Shown piece by piece: positions 13,501 through 26,290 of a stretch of DNA of 64,000 nucleotides. Position numbers and translations under genes: made by a program. The DNA is from Octopus sinensis. Lineage: Eukaryota. The notes under the pieces are model-generated. The model did no database searches and had not been told where the DNA came from. It saw only the letters and a program-made list of their open reading frames with translations. How positions within the stretch are numbered: the stretch's first letter is position 1; each line of letters opens with the position of its first letter. The DNA is taken from contig NC_043011.1 in the NCBI RefSeq assembly GCF_006345805.1, forward strand, positions 56,618,464 to 56,682,463. The letters are read 5' to 3'.

Positions 13501-15039
13501 CAGCAGGGTGAAGAGGAGAGTCATAGCTTGCTGTGTCTTGGTTTCCCCAATCAGAGAAAAGGTAAGGCCCTTAAGGACTCCTCTCTGTAGGTACAACAAG
13601 CGTAGCTGTGTGGTTAAGAAGCTCACTTTGTAACTGTGTGATTTGGGTTCAGTCCTACCACATGGCACTTTGACCAATTGCCTTCTACTCTTACCTTGGC
13701 CTGACCAATGCTTTGTGAGTAAATTTGAATGATGGAAACTGTGGAAGCCCATATGTGTATGTGTGTCTTTGTGTTTGTCTCACCCCACCACCACCATCAG
13801 CACCACTTGACAACTGGTGTTGGTTTGTTTAAATCTCCGCAATTTAGCAGTTCAGCAAAAGACACTGATAGAATAAAAGTCAGACTTAATTACATAAACC
13901 ATAAGTACTGGGGTTGATTTCTTCCACTAGACATATTAAGGTGGTGCCCCAGCATGGCCAAACCCTAATGACTGAAACAAGTAAAAGCTAAAACGGCCAT
14001 TGCATATGTGGAATGAAAGTGTACTTTGCATCTGCTTTTGAGGAACCAAAACTGAGTTCTTGGTTGATTCCACACTGAAGAAAGAATTGGCAACGAAAAC
14101 TGGAGCATTCCAAGAATGAAGCACCAGGCTAAAAGACATTCATTTCATCTCAGTTCCCTCAGAGTTTGAATATTATCTAGCGAGGTCGTCGCCAGTGCTG
14201 CTGGACTGGCTCCTGTGCAGGTGGCACGTAAAGAGCACCATTTGGGTGTGGCCGTTGCCAATACCACCAAACTGGCCCTCGTGCCGGTGGCACGTAAAAG
14301 CACCCACTACACACTCGGACTGGTTGGCGTTAGGAAGGACATCCAGCTGTAGAAACTCTGCCAGATCAGATTGAAGCCTGGTGCAGCCATCTGGTTCACC
14401 AGACCTCAGTCAAATCGTCCAACCCATGCTAGCATGGAAAGCAGATGTTAAATGATGATGATGAGGTTTCCTCATTGAGGTATTGATAAAAGAAGGGCTG
14501 TTAATTTGCTGACATTGGCTCAGTTGGCCCTCACAGTGGTTGGCTTTGTTCACAAGTAAATATTAAAACAAAAAAAAATCAACATTGTATTGAATTTGTC
14601 AGATGGAAACTATTTGGAAGCCCATCATATACCTGTATGTGAATGTGTGTGTGTGTGTGTTTGTGTTTCTCCTCCCACCACTTAATGGCCAGTGTTGGTT
14701 TGTTTACATTCATGTAACATAATGGTTCGGCAAAAGACTCATTTTGTAGCAGTGCTCCAGCATGGAGGGCTACTGCAGTCCAATGACAGAAACAAGTAAA
14801 AGATAGAAGATAATATTTTAAATGAAGTCACTGTGGTTTGTGTAAGAGGCTCAAAGTAAATAAGAAAGAAAAAAAATATTTGAAGACAAAACAAATGAAG
14901 GAGACAGGTAAATCAATCATTTTAAAAATAAATAAAATAAAACAAGACAAAAGCGTGAATCTCGTTATTTGTTGATGATTAGAGAGGAAAACATTATGAA
15001 TGCTTGTGAAATTCAAATGTCCATTTTCTATTTTTCTAG

Positions 15040-15111
15040 GTTCTCAATCATGGTGAACCACCTGGCAATAGTTTCATTGAGAAAATTGATTCTTTTGAAG
15101 CAGTTTCCATG
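15040..15111 (+). CDS. SPEF2: SPEF2-like exon VLNHGEPPGNSFIEKIDSFEAVSM
   Basis: ttttctAG acceptor, ATG|GTAAGA donor, 72 nt, phase 0-0, open frame. Confidence 0.8.
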
Positions 15112-15780
15112 GTAAGAGACTTGTTGCCGTGTTTTCCCTGTTACATTTAAGAGTTATCGCTCTATTCATGCTATCGTATCATTTTTCACTCCTCTTCCAT
15201 GGTATCAGGCTTTGCTATCCCACAAGGTTTCAGATTGGATAGTTTTGGCAGAAATGTTGCAAAAAAGCTGCTGCAAGGCACCACTAATTGTCTGCGATTC
15301 CTGTGAAAAGTGCTGAGTCTCAAGAGAGATAATTTTCCTTGTCTTGAAAGCCATGCAGAAATTTACTGATGTGCTTGGTGGCAGAGATAATGGCAGCGGC
15401 GGCGGTGGTGGTGGTGGTGGAGGAGAAGGCAGTGGTGATGGTGGTGGAGGAGGAGGTGGTGGTGATTGGTGTTTAGATCAAGAAGTAGATCCAGGTTCTT
15501 CCTCCCATGACCATCCTGTCTTTTTTGTATATCGGGGACTATATTGTCCAGTAGCATGTCACTATATTGTCACAGTAGCATGTGATTTATGGAAATTTAG
15601 CTGCTATTTCTACTGGGTCAAGCAAATATATAGATGTTCTTTAATTGGCTCAGCAGCTTTAGTTGTGTGTATGTGTGTGTGTGTGTGTGTGAAAGAGACA
15701 GAGAGAACGAGAGGTGTTTCAATTTTGAAGAATCTCCAGGTAAAAAGAGTTCTGATAATTTGTCCATTTTCTGATTGCAG

Positions 15781-15906
15781 AATGAAATATTAGGTGTTTA
15801 TCAAGATGTTGGATCTGTGAATGCTGAACCAATTCCATTTGAAACTCTAATTGCGCATCCTTTCATACAAGATATCATTGCAAAAGGCAACCAATTCTTG
15901 ATGCTG
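15781..15906 (+). CDS. SPEF2: SPEF2-like exon NEILGVYQDVGSVNAEPIPFETLIAHPFIQDIIAKGNQFLML
   Basis: ttgcAG acceptor, CTG|GTAAGA donor, 126 nt; resembles the vertebrate SPEF2 C-terminal FQDLG..EPI...LLKHPFIQDLI motif (recalled, not aligned). Confidence 0.85.
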
Positions 15907-17095
15907 GTAAGATCTCTCTCTTTCTCTATCTCCCTTTCATTCTCTCTTTCTATCTCCTCTTTCTCTTTCATTCTCTCTCCTCTCCTCTCTTATTCTCTCT
16001 TTCTCTCCCTTTCATTCTCTCTCTCTCCTCTTCTCTCTTATTCTCTCGCTTTCTCTTTCTCTCTCTCCCCCTCTTTAAAACTCTACATACACTTTAATTC
16101 TTTTTTTTTTCTGCTTCATTTAGCCATCCTTCTTCCTTTATTTTTTACCTCCTCCTCATCTCTTCATCTCTCTATGCCTCTCTCTCTCTCTCTCTCTCTC
16201 TCCTATGCCTCTCTTTCTCTCTGTCTCCATCTTCCCATTGTCCTCTTTCTTACATTTTGCTTTTATCTTTCTATGTTTCCTTCTCCCTGTGATTCCTCCT
16301 CCCCTTCCGTCCCCTCCTCCCTGTATCCTTCACTCTCTCTTTCGCCACAGACTTCATTCAGATCTACTCTTGCAACAGAATTGCTTCTTCACGTCTTCAC
16401 TATTCATTTCAAATTCAAACTCTCATTCCCACCAAATATTCTCAAGAAATTATTATCTCCCTTGTATTAACCAATCATTAGGTGACACCACATGATGTAA
16501 ATTGTTTGACGATATAAATGGGAGTTGATAACTCTGTGATGTGCTGCACTGACCATTGGTGGCTAGGATGGGTATGTGGCTTGGAAGAAGGTTTCCTTGC
16601 AAACTACAAGGCAAAACCCCATCACGTGTGTGTGTGTGTGCGTGTGTGTGTATTGCTCCACTCTAGCTGACAGCTATATACCATTTTGACAAAGATAGAA
16701 GAGCCTTAGTTCAAGACATTCCATTCCATTATATTTCTTTTCTGAGGAAACGGTTTTGGTTTTTTTATGTCACTGTCTCCAAGAAGTGTCCGTTTGATAT
16801 TTATTGCATTTTAAACTGAAAATTATTAGACAAAAAGAGGACATGTGGAAATGGATCAAAATATGTTTACCTGGCAGAGTTTCACTATGAACGCATGTGT
16901 CTCTTTGGAGAGACTTCAATGTAATGGCTTCTTCTTCTTCTTCTTCTTCTTCTTCTTCTTCTTCTTCTCCTTTTGTCTGTGTGTCCTCGATTCCCATTCC
17001 CCCCATCCCATACCCTTTCATCATATTATTGATTTATCATAAATAGCTGTCTTATAATGTTTATCCAAACAAATCTTATCGCTTATCTATTTCAG

Positions 17096-17164
17096 GACAT
17101 CAAAAATATTTTGTACAACTCTCCAGAAACTTCTGACCTCAATGCAAGCTGCAAATTGAAATAA
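17096..17164 (+). CDS. SPEF2: SPEF2-like terminal exon DIKNILYNSPETSDLNASCKLK*
   Basis: tttcAG acceptor; DIKxIL matches the vertebrate SPEF2 C-terminal DIKIIL; TAA at 17162-17164. Confidence 0.8.
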   Translation, partial: DIKNILYNSPETSDLNASCKLK

Positions 17165-17293
17165 CTTCTCCAAACCAGATTTCAGCTTTTTTGTTTTGTT
17201 TTTTTTTTGTAGATTTTGGATTTTGCCTTCTGTCTTTTATTTATTTTCTTTTTTGTTGTTTTTGTTTCTTTGTTGAATGGAATAGAATGGTTG

Positions 17294-17299
17294 AATAAA
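17294..17299 (+). terminator. Candidate polyadenylation signal of the SPEF2-like gene
   Basis: AATAAA 130 nt after the stop, followed by GT-rich tgtggttttgtgttgg. Confidence 0.55.
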
Positions 17300-17462
17300 A
17301 TTTGAACTGTGGTTTTGTGTTGGAACCTTCTGGAATCTTTCTTTGTGTCTGTTGCTTTATATGGTGGTACTGTTACACATGATAAGGGTGTGTATATATA
17401 TGTGTGTGTGTATGTGTGTCTATATATGCACACACATTTATTTAAGCATACACATATATGTG

Positions 17463-17554
<92 letters not shown>

Positions 17555-17555
17555 C

Positions 17556-17627
<72 letters not shown>

Positions 17628-17714
17628 TATATATATGTATACATATAATTACTCTACCACTGGTATCTGAGTACTCTTTTTTCCACCTTGTTTCACATTT
17701 ATGTGTTTACCCCA

Positions 17715-17751
<37 letters not shown>

Positions 17752-17799
17752 TAAGATATACACACACACATACAGATATACACATAATTCTAAAAGCCG

Positions 17800-18085
17800 A
17801 GATGCTATGAAATGATCATGCTCTTTGGGATGTTTAATATCAGTTCACATGAATGATGGAAATACAAATGAACTGAAGGTGGGGGAGCTGGATGTGAGAG
17901 GAATCAGATGTAAAGTGCAAGGATTACAGCTGCGTAAAGAAGCATTGAGTATGGGAAGTGGATGGCACCTGTGGAGGAGGGAATCCAAGGAAGACAGGAG
18001 CATATAGTAAAGTCTAATCTCAAGAAACTGAACGTCATGAAGGAGATAATGAAGAATCACAACCAATTCTGACAACTTGAGCTGG
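17800..18085 (+). mobile_element. Older RTE LINE C-terminal remnant
   Basis: ELDVRGIRCKVQ...VDGTCG.G.PRKT-like fragments parallel to 1815-2150. Confidence 0.55.
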
Positions 18086-18200
18086 AGAAGATTTGCTTAA
18101 CTCTGTTAAAATGGTTGTTAAAATAATAATGGCGATAAAGTTGGGGTGTAAAATATATAACTACATTTGGTTGTCTTGCTCATTGCATTCTTGTTTGTTT

Positions 18201-18438
18201 TAAGGTGGCGAGCTGACAGAACCGTTAGCACGCCGGGCGAAATGCGTAGCCGTATTTCGTCTGCCGTTATGTTCTGAGTTCAAATTCTGCCAAGGTCGAC
18301 TTTGCCTTTCATCCTTTCGGGGTCGATGAATTATGTACCAGTTACGCACTGGGGGTCGATGTAATCGACTTAATTCGTTTGTCTGTCCTTGTTTGTCCCC
18401 TCTATGTTTAGCCCCTTGTGGGTAATAAAGAAACATAT
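18201..18438 (+). mobile_element. tRNA-derived SINE family B, young copy with 12-bp TSD. Other copies: ~3245-3395, 37353-37568, 44490-44920, 52895-53210, 53445-53660, 54250-54380
   Basis: GAGCTGACAGAACCGTTAG head, GTTCAAATTC B box, centre GGTCGACTTTGCCTTTCATCCTTTCGGGGTCGAT; TSD ATTCTTGTTTGT at 18187-18198 and 18439-18450. Confidence 0.88.
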
Positions 18439-19065
18439 ATTCTTGTTTGTATTCAATCCCCCTCTCTATTCATCATCCATTATTCCCTACCTATATCACT
18501 CCTTGTTAACATCTCTCTCTCTCTCTTACTCTCATCCATCTCCATTGCTTTCCATCACTCACTCTCTCCAAACTACATATAACCTTATCTTCTTGCCACC
18601 AGATTTTGCTCACTGCTCCCTTCCAGACTCCCAGTTTTTATGGCTCTATACACTGTACTGTTCTAGCACAATGCCATCTTCCACTCTGTTGGTATCCTGC
18701 TCTAACCACAGATTTGATCTCCACCTTGAACCATATTGTCTCATAGAAACCCACAAACTGTTTCCTATCTTACATGTCCATATCTCTTTAAAAAAAAAAA
18801 GAAGTTTCTCTCATAGATGTAAGATTTGTCTCAAGTGGGTTTTGGTATCAAAAGAATTAGTATTGGAAAAGTTGCTTCTTTTACTAAGTTTTGTTTATTT
18901 TCAGATTTAATTGAAACACAAGCAGTGGTAGTTTTTATTAGAAATATCTGTTAAGTATTATTTGATTTCATGTTAAGCTACAGTTAAAAATCATTATAAT
19001 AACTGGTTCGCCAGTCCTCAGTCAAATCGTCCAACCCATACTAGCATGGAAAGTGGACGTTAAAC

Positions 19066-19098
<33 letters not shown>

Positions 19099-19889
19099 AC
19101 CAGTGGTCAGAGCTGAAATAATTGTTGTGCAATAGATGTAGAGATCACCACAAGAATCATTTTTTTTTAGATTAGATTTTTAATGAAGTAGGAATAGGGC
19201 TATCCATTTTCTGTGGTTCATTGAATAAAATCTGTTTTTGGAAGTTACTTATTCTATAGTTTATTAATGAGAATGCATTTATAATTTCTTTTTGCAATTT
19301 CTATCCATTATGTTAATTCCTCACCAATATTGAAAGTGATCTGACATTCAGCTGTATCACCTGCCTGCTTACTTTTAACCTTATGTTGTTGAAGATAAAA
19401 ATTTGTTTTTAGTATTACAGGTAAAATACCTGAAGACTGCTGTTTGAAGATTTGATTGTTTAAAGCAACATTTCTGAAATTGTGAAGCAGAGAGACGGAG
19501 ATGCTGGGTGGGGTGGGGTGGTGGTGGGGGAATGTAGAGTTGAGCTAAAGTTGGTGAGTGATTAAATTAGATTCATAGGAGACCAATAAAAAAAGAAAAT
19601 GAGGAAAAAAAAATCCAAACAAAATAGAAGTTGAAAGTAGCAAGATAACTTACAATAAATATTATATTTCTGTTTTATCAAATTATATGGAAACCAAGAA
19701 ATCTTACGAAAATTTATTTTGTACATATTAAAATTAATGTTTTTGAAATATTGGCTTCTAATGTTGAGAGAAGGCGAGGAGTTTGGGAACAGTAATTATG
19801 TCAATGAAATTGATGTCCCAGAATTTAACTGGTACAAGATGTTGAGCTTTGATCAAGTTCTTTGTATAGATTGCTTATTTTTAATTCGG

Positions 19890-20197
19890 CTTCTGTGCCT
19901 GTGGCACATAAAAAGCACCATCCGAACGTTGCCAGCGCCGCCTTGGCTGGCACGTTAAAAGCTCCAACCGATCGTGGCCGATGCCGGACCCCCCCTGGCA
20001 CCTGTGCAGGTGGCACGTAAAAAGCACCCACTACACACGCGGAGTGGTTGGCGTTAGGAAGGGCATCCAGCCGTAGAAACTCTGCCAGATCAGACTGGAG
20101 CCTGGAGCAGCCCCTGGCTTCCCAGACCCCGGTCGAACCGTCCAACCCGTGCTAGCGCGGAAAACGGACGTTAAACGATGATGATGATGATGATGAT
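19890..20197 (+). mobile_element. RTE-tail repeat family C ending in (GAT)n. Other copies: ~9150-9335, 11795-12020(-), 14180-14464, 19003-19098, 27215-27674, 36024-36317(-), 46231-46394, 48260-48445(-), 48792-48960(-), 57263-57422(-), 63900-64000
   Basis: Shared AAAGCACCCACTACAC...GGTTGGCGTTAGGAAGGGCATCCAGC...GGACGTTAAACGATGATGAT, also present at the end of the RTE fragment 1815-2337. Confidence 0.85.
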
Positions 20198-20269
20198 AGA
20201 TTGTTTAATTAACACTTTTAGTTTCTCTAAGTGGCTTTGGAGAAAGGAGCTGTGTCCATGGCCAAGTCC

Positions 20270-20535
20270 ACCTTGACCAATGACAACGTTCTTTTCGAAC
20301 CTTTGTAAGTCAACATCTGAGGGAAAGACATGAATAGAAAGAAGGGCCAACAGTGTGAGAAATGAGGTGGACTGGGGTGTGGTAATTACTGTAGGGTCTG
20401 AGAAATTAGACATAGCAAGGTTGATGAGGTGAGGATGGATGAACGAGTCAGGAACACCTGAATGGTGAAGATGGGTATAAGCTCAACCAGTTCTGTGGAG
20501 CAGAGGCCATTATGGTAGTGGTAGAAAAGGTTCAT
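20270..20535 (-). mobile_element. CR1/L2-group LINE 3' remnant
   Basis: LFYHYHNGLCSTEL...HVFPSDVDLQRFEKNV, a typical ORF2 C-terminus. Confidence 0.6.
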
Positions 20536-23500
20536 GGCCTCCTGGTTAAGGTGTTGCACTCCTGATTGCATGGCTTATGCTTTGGATTCCCAGAAGAGGC
20601 AGTGTGTTGTGTTCTTGAGGAAAACCACTTCATAGGTATGATAAATATGATCATATTTGATCAAGGATGACCTGGGGCTAAACAACATCTACAAATAAAG
20701 AAGTATCTAAAGCACTCCAAGACAAGAAAAGCTTTGAGCCTCTGGGACTTTCACTGATATTTTGGTTTTAAAATTCCTTTGCAATACCTTAAAAGGGAAC
20801 AACTATATGCAAATACTAGAAATAGCAACCAAATTGTGCTCAAATTATATCCTCTTGAACAATGAAGAACACATTGGATGATGTAGTCTTAGATGTACTT
20901 ATTTCTGACTAAAATAGACATGGTCAAAAATATCTTTCTATGATCACCAACCTGGTTGATCATTGCCTGCCCAGGGTTAAACAGCAACTGAATCTGCCAC
21001 AGCTTTTCTAACCCTGTACAAAGCATTGTTTTATTTTTGCTGAAGTGTACTTTGCCTTTCATTTGGTTGAGATTGATAAAATAAAGTACAACTCAAGTAC
21101 CAGTCCCTCTCCACCCACCCCCACTCCACAGATATGGTGCAGTCATGGCTGTGTGATTAAGAAGTTTGCTTCCCAACCAATTGATCCTAGGTTCAAGTGT
21201 ACAACACTGCATCTTGGTAAACCCAGGGCTTTTAGCATAGCCTCAGGTGGATCCATGCACTTTGAAGGAAATTCGGTAGATGGAAACTGTACAGAATCAT
21301 GTTTTGTGTGTGTGTGTGAAAGATGTCCACATCAGTAATAAAGTGTCACTCCCAGTTGCTCTCACTGGCTTCAATGCAATGAACCAGTGATTGGTTCAAC
21401 CTCTTACCAATTATGATGCCACTGTTCAGGCAATAACCATTCATTTATTTATGTTATTGAATCTGTAATCCAAAACTCTCATCTTTTGTCAGATCAGTCA
21501 TTAATTTATAAATAATGAACTACCCAGATGGTAACCACATTCTAATAATGTGTGCTTAAGCAAACAGAGTGAAGTATTTAAACCATTTTGTTACCATATA
21601 TCTGTCAGAATACGCTGACTTTGTTTCAAATAATTTTGAGAATAATGATATATTTAGTAAAATAACTTTGCCTTTATTAAACTGATGTTTGGAAAATAAA
21701 ATAAAATAAAATAAAATAAATGAGAATAAGTTGATAGGCTCTGAGAGTATATTTCAGGACAGACATCTCAACAAAAGAACTTTTGATTTTACTGGTTCTG
21801 TAAAACAAATCAAACAACTTTTGTATTGTTTTGTAATATTTTTTGAAGAAGTCTTCATTTTTTTCATCTTTTTTCTTCAGTTCTGGCTGAATCAAATTTT
21901 CATTTTTCTCAAGATATTATAACATCAGTGAATAAATTTGTCTACAGACAATTGGTTTAGAAACGTCTCATGAATTAAAGTAATTTCTTTTAAACACACA
22001 TCTGCTATGTGAAACAGGCTTGGCTGTGTGTTTAAGAAGCTTGTTGGAGGAAACTACAGGGTTTTGGGTTCTGTCCCACTGCATGATATCATGGGCAAGT
22101 GTCTTCTACTACAGCCCCAAGCCTACCAATCCCTTGTGAGTGAATTTGCTTGATGGAAACTGTGTGGAAGCCCATAGTGTGTGAGTATGTGTCTTTGTGT
22201 TTGTCACACCACCTCTTGACTACTAGTGTGGGTTTGTTTCCATCCCTGAGACTTAACAGATCAACAAAAGCAACTGATAAATTATATACCAGACTTTTAA
22301 AAAAATATAAGTCCTGGGGTTGATTTATTCAAGTAAAATCCTTCAAGGCAGTGCCCCAGCAAGGCCACATTCCACTGACTGAAGCAAAAGTTAGCCCAAA
22401 TCTGGTACAAAATTACCATTTTCTTCAGTTTCCATTGTAAGCTGCGATTACCATGTTTGTGGAACTTTTCACAACAATTGCAGCCACAGAAGAAATTTTC
22501 ACTGAAATCAAAAATAAGGTCTCATGTTTTCGACCCTTTCATCTTTTTTTTTCTTATCTCTGTTGCAACCTGCATAAACTCACCATGATTTTATTGAAGA
22601 AATTGATTGATTCTTGGTGGTGCTTTGATACAACACAGATATCTCTGTGAACGTCTGATTGTTGTAGTTGTTCTATTTTCTATCCATCAAGTTCAACTGA
22701 ACTGCTTCTGCTTCTGCTATCAGATTAAACACTTTATAATTGTCACACAAATACGACTTTGACAGGAAACCTCATATGAAATGTGTAGCTTATCAAGAAT
22801 TGACTGAGATTCGGATTAATGGTTGAAATGCCAAATGTGTTTTTGGTTCCTATTATACGAACATAGCTTCTTAATTCAAAGAGTCAACAAGCCCATCAAA
22901 GAATTTCTAATGATGCTAAGATAAAATATTTGTTTTTCCTTGTCATATTTAAACTTGTGAACTCAAAGTCTGGTTCACTTGGCATTCTAAATGTAATCAT
23001 TTTTATCTCTACAGATTTTCTATAGAATTTAAAGCTAACACTGAAAGTTACAATGTTATGTATACAAATACGTCTCTGTAAATAATGCAACCGAAAGTAG
23101 AAAAGTAGGTAATGGGTGTATATGCATATTTCAGGGGACATTGCCCTTTCGTCAGTGCTACATCCAACCCGTCAGCTATAATAATATAATATCTTTATCT
23201 TCAAAATAAAGAACAAGTGCAGAGAAATGCAGTTGATGAATAAAAGCTGGTGCTGTAAATACCACCGCTTCATGTCCACATGATGTTTTGGTTGAACCAG
23301 ATTCTATTAGAGATGGTTTTGGAATAAATTAATTTTGGAGAAGCATTTAGTTGACAAAAGTAAAAAGTGAAATAAAGACAATGGTTATTGTCAGAGAGGA
23401 TTTTTTTGTTGTTGGTCTTCATCTAAATATTGTGATGTCATCATCGGATTTGTTCTGGAATTAGATGAAAAAAGAGCATGACAGGATAAGTTCCATTGGC

Positions 23501-24479
23501 ACTACCATCTATCAGGATATTTAGAATGGAAGACTGATCTGCTGTTGCTGCAGAAGCAGGAAAATGAAAGAAATTCAGATCAGAAAAAATGGTTTATGGA
23601 TCTTTGTCTCTCTTACTTGTTTCAGTCATTGGACTGTGGCCATGCTGGGGCATTGTCTGGAAGGATTTTATCAAAAAAAAAAAATTGAACCCAGTAGTTA
23701 CTTGTAAGTCTGCTACTTATTCCATTGGTCTCTTTTGCCAAACTTCTAAGTTACATGGATGTAACCAAACCAATACTGGTTGTCAAGTAGTGGGGGTCAG
23801 GAAGGACAAAACATGACAGACTTCTACACAGTTTCTGTCTGTGAAGTCCACACACAAGGCACCGGTTGGCCCAAGGCTATGATAGAAGACACCTGCACAG
23901 TGGAACTGAACTCCAAACCACATAGCTGTGAAGCTTCCAACCCTCTCAGCCATGTTTGAATCTCTGAAATTCAAAACAAGAACGGTTTGTCTGGTGGTGT
24001 GATAGAAAAAGTTTATTGAAAAGCACAAAGAGGTTAGTTTAATGATATATTTAAAGAGTGGTGGTCATGATGGTGGGGTGGGGTGTCACCATTTATGTTA
24101 TTGAATCTGTTATCCAAAACTTTCATCATTCGTCAGATCAACCACTAAACTATCCAGACAATAACCACATTCTAATAATGAAGAATTTACTAAAATAACT
24201 TTGCCTTTATTTAACTGATGTTTGGAAAATGAATAAACATGAAATTTCGATGAAAAGGTTAGAAATTAAATTCGTTTTAAAAGACAAAGTTTGTATTTAT
24301 AGAACCAAGAACAGTCTGGTGGGTTGGAACCAAAATGGTTAAATCCAAATTCTGATGAACACAAGAAAGTCCTGGTATGTGGCATCTTGGGCAAGTGTCT
24401 TCTACATATGCTCTGGGCTGACCAGTGCCATGTGAGTGGATTTGGGAGAAGGAAACTGAAAGAAGCCTGTTTTATCTTT

Positions 24480-24925
24480 TTTTAGCCTTGAAACAAACAA
24501 CATCTTGGATTAACATCTTTAAGATGACCTACACCTTTAATTAGTGCCTTTTGTTGTATGACAAATACCCCAAGGTATGATTCATGTCTTTTGTTGTCCT
24601 CTTGTAATGACCGATGTCTTGGTTTAGTGTATTTTATTGTAGCCATGGAAAACTAATTCCTTTGATTACTGTTTCGTTTAACCTTCAAGAAACCAATTCC
24701 TTTGATTAATGCCCAATACTGTAGTCTTGGATTAGTGCCATGTTTTAGAGTTAGTTATTGTAGCCTTGGGATTATAAATATTTCGGATTAGTGTTTATTA
24801 TTGTAGCCTTGTGATGACCAACACCATTGGCCTGAGGCTTTTCTTTCTTTTAATGTTGGTACAACCAAGAGCTTATATAAGTGTTTTATTTTAGCCTTTG
24901 GATGTCGAAATCTTTGGATTAGTTT
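24480..24925 (+). repeat. Degenerate ~40 bp minisatellite
   Basis: Recurring ATTGTAGCCTTG...CTTGGATTAGTG units. Confidence 0.65.
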
Positions 24926-25419
24926 TCTCCTGGGCGAAGAGTTAGAAATTAGCAGAATTATGGCTTTTGATTACATTAATTATTTAAGTAAATTATGTGC
25001 AAAATTTACTCTGCAACCCATTCAGAATTGGTGGAACAATCTTTGATTGTGAAAATTGGGGAGATTTTTACGAGGTAAAAATATGAAAAAGGTGTGTGTG
25101 TGTGTATTTAATGATTTAAACAATGATTACATATGTATACATATGACCATGTCTGTATTTTTGCACCTGGTTTTGTACCTGTACATATTTTTTCACTTGT
25201 TCCTTATGTATTTTTTCATCACCACATGTGTATATAACGTGTGTGTGTGTGTGCATGTGGTATTCAACAATTGACATTTTACTAGAAAAAAGCACCCTGT
25301 CCTTTTGCCATGTTGGCATTGGAATGGATAGATTTTTCTGAGACAGTGTTTTTTTCTGGCTGGCTGCCTTTCCTGTCAACAATCCCTTTTTCATGTTACC
25401 CCCCAATGATTTAATCTAA

Positions 25420-26290
25420 AACTGAGGTGCACACCCAATCTTATTAAAAGAAAGAAATATAAAGTGAATATTTCTGAAGTAAATTTCACTGAAAACATAA
25501 AAGATTGTTGAAAGCAGTTAAAAAAATATCCTTGTCCAATGAGAAATGTTTATTTTCCTGAATTACTTCTTAATTTTCTGAGGAACACAAGAATAAAAAC
25601 CAAAAATAAGATAACAGAAATACAGCAGAAAATGGTGTGAAATACTGAAATGAAAATGTGAATGGAATATAATCAGGATTGCAGAAATTGGTAAGTTCTA
25701 ACCAGCAAAACATGTCCTTGACCAGAGAAGAATTATTTGCATTCCTGAATTCCTGATTAATTTTCTAAATAATACAAAAAGTGAAACCAAATTGAAAGAA
25801 AATAAACAAAGTAGAAAAGGGTGTAAAATGCTAAAATGAAATTGTGAACAGAATAAAATAGGAATTGCTTTTAGCCATAAACGAACTTCTGTAATGTATA
25901 TTGTAATGGTGAAACATTGAAAACGTTTGTTAGTTGCTGCCATGACTATTGATGTACATGATGCCAATACATTTTTAAATATTGAAAGAATTCTTTACAA
26001 TTCAGCGTTTGCCAGAAACCATAGTCAACGACAATGATATACAATTTGCCCAGAAACTGCTGTCAGGAACAATGATTTCAACTTTACCAGAAACCATAGT
26101 CAGTGACACATCAGAAGAAATTTCCAATTTGTACAAGAGAATTTCAATAACACATTTTGTGTTCTTTACCTAGCATCCATTGGTAAACCAGAATACGTAA
26201 ACTAAAGGATGTTACATCGAGCAATTTAGTGAAAAGGATGCGGTAACTTGATTTAACTCGTTTCTGAATATCTACAACTACACCAAGAGT
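25420..26290 (+). mobile_element. Highly degraded Ty3/Gypsy pol relic (integrase core at ~25980-26200)
   Basis: LKEFF..RLPETIVNDNDIQF and LPETIVSD.SEEISNLYKRISITH....HP resemble GLPETIVSDNGTQFTSEEF...I.H....YHP; 5' boundary uncertain. Confidence 0.55.

Noticed and set aside
13320-13565. Possible extra SPEF2 exon (ttcAG...AAG|GTAAGG)
   Set aside because: No SPEF2-like translation seen, and exons 1424/15040 already align contiguously
15344-15793. 149-aa Gly-rich ORF
   Set aside because: (GGT)n microsatellite inside a SPEF2 intron; flanking exons join in frame without it
15907-16470. Extension of the 231-aa ORF
   Set aside because: Read-through into CT-rich intron past the GTAAGA donor
24480-24925. 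CRISPR-like array
   Set aside because: Eukaryotic context, degenerate tandem units, no cas genes
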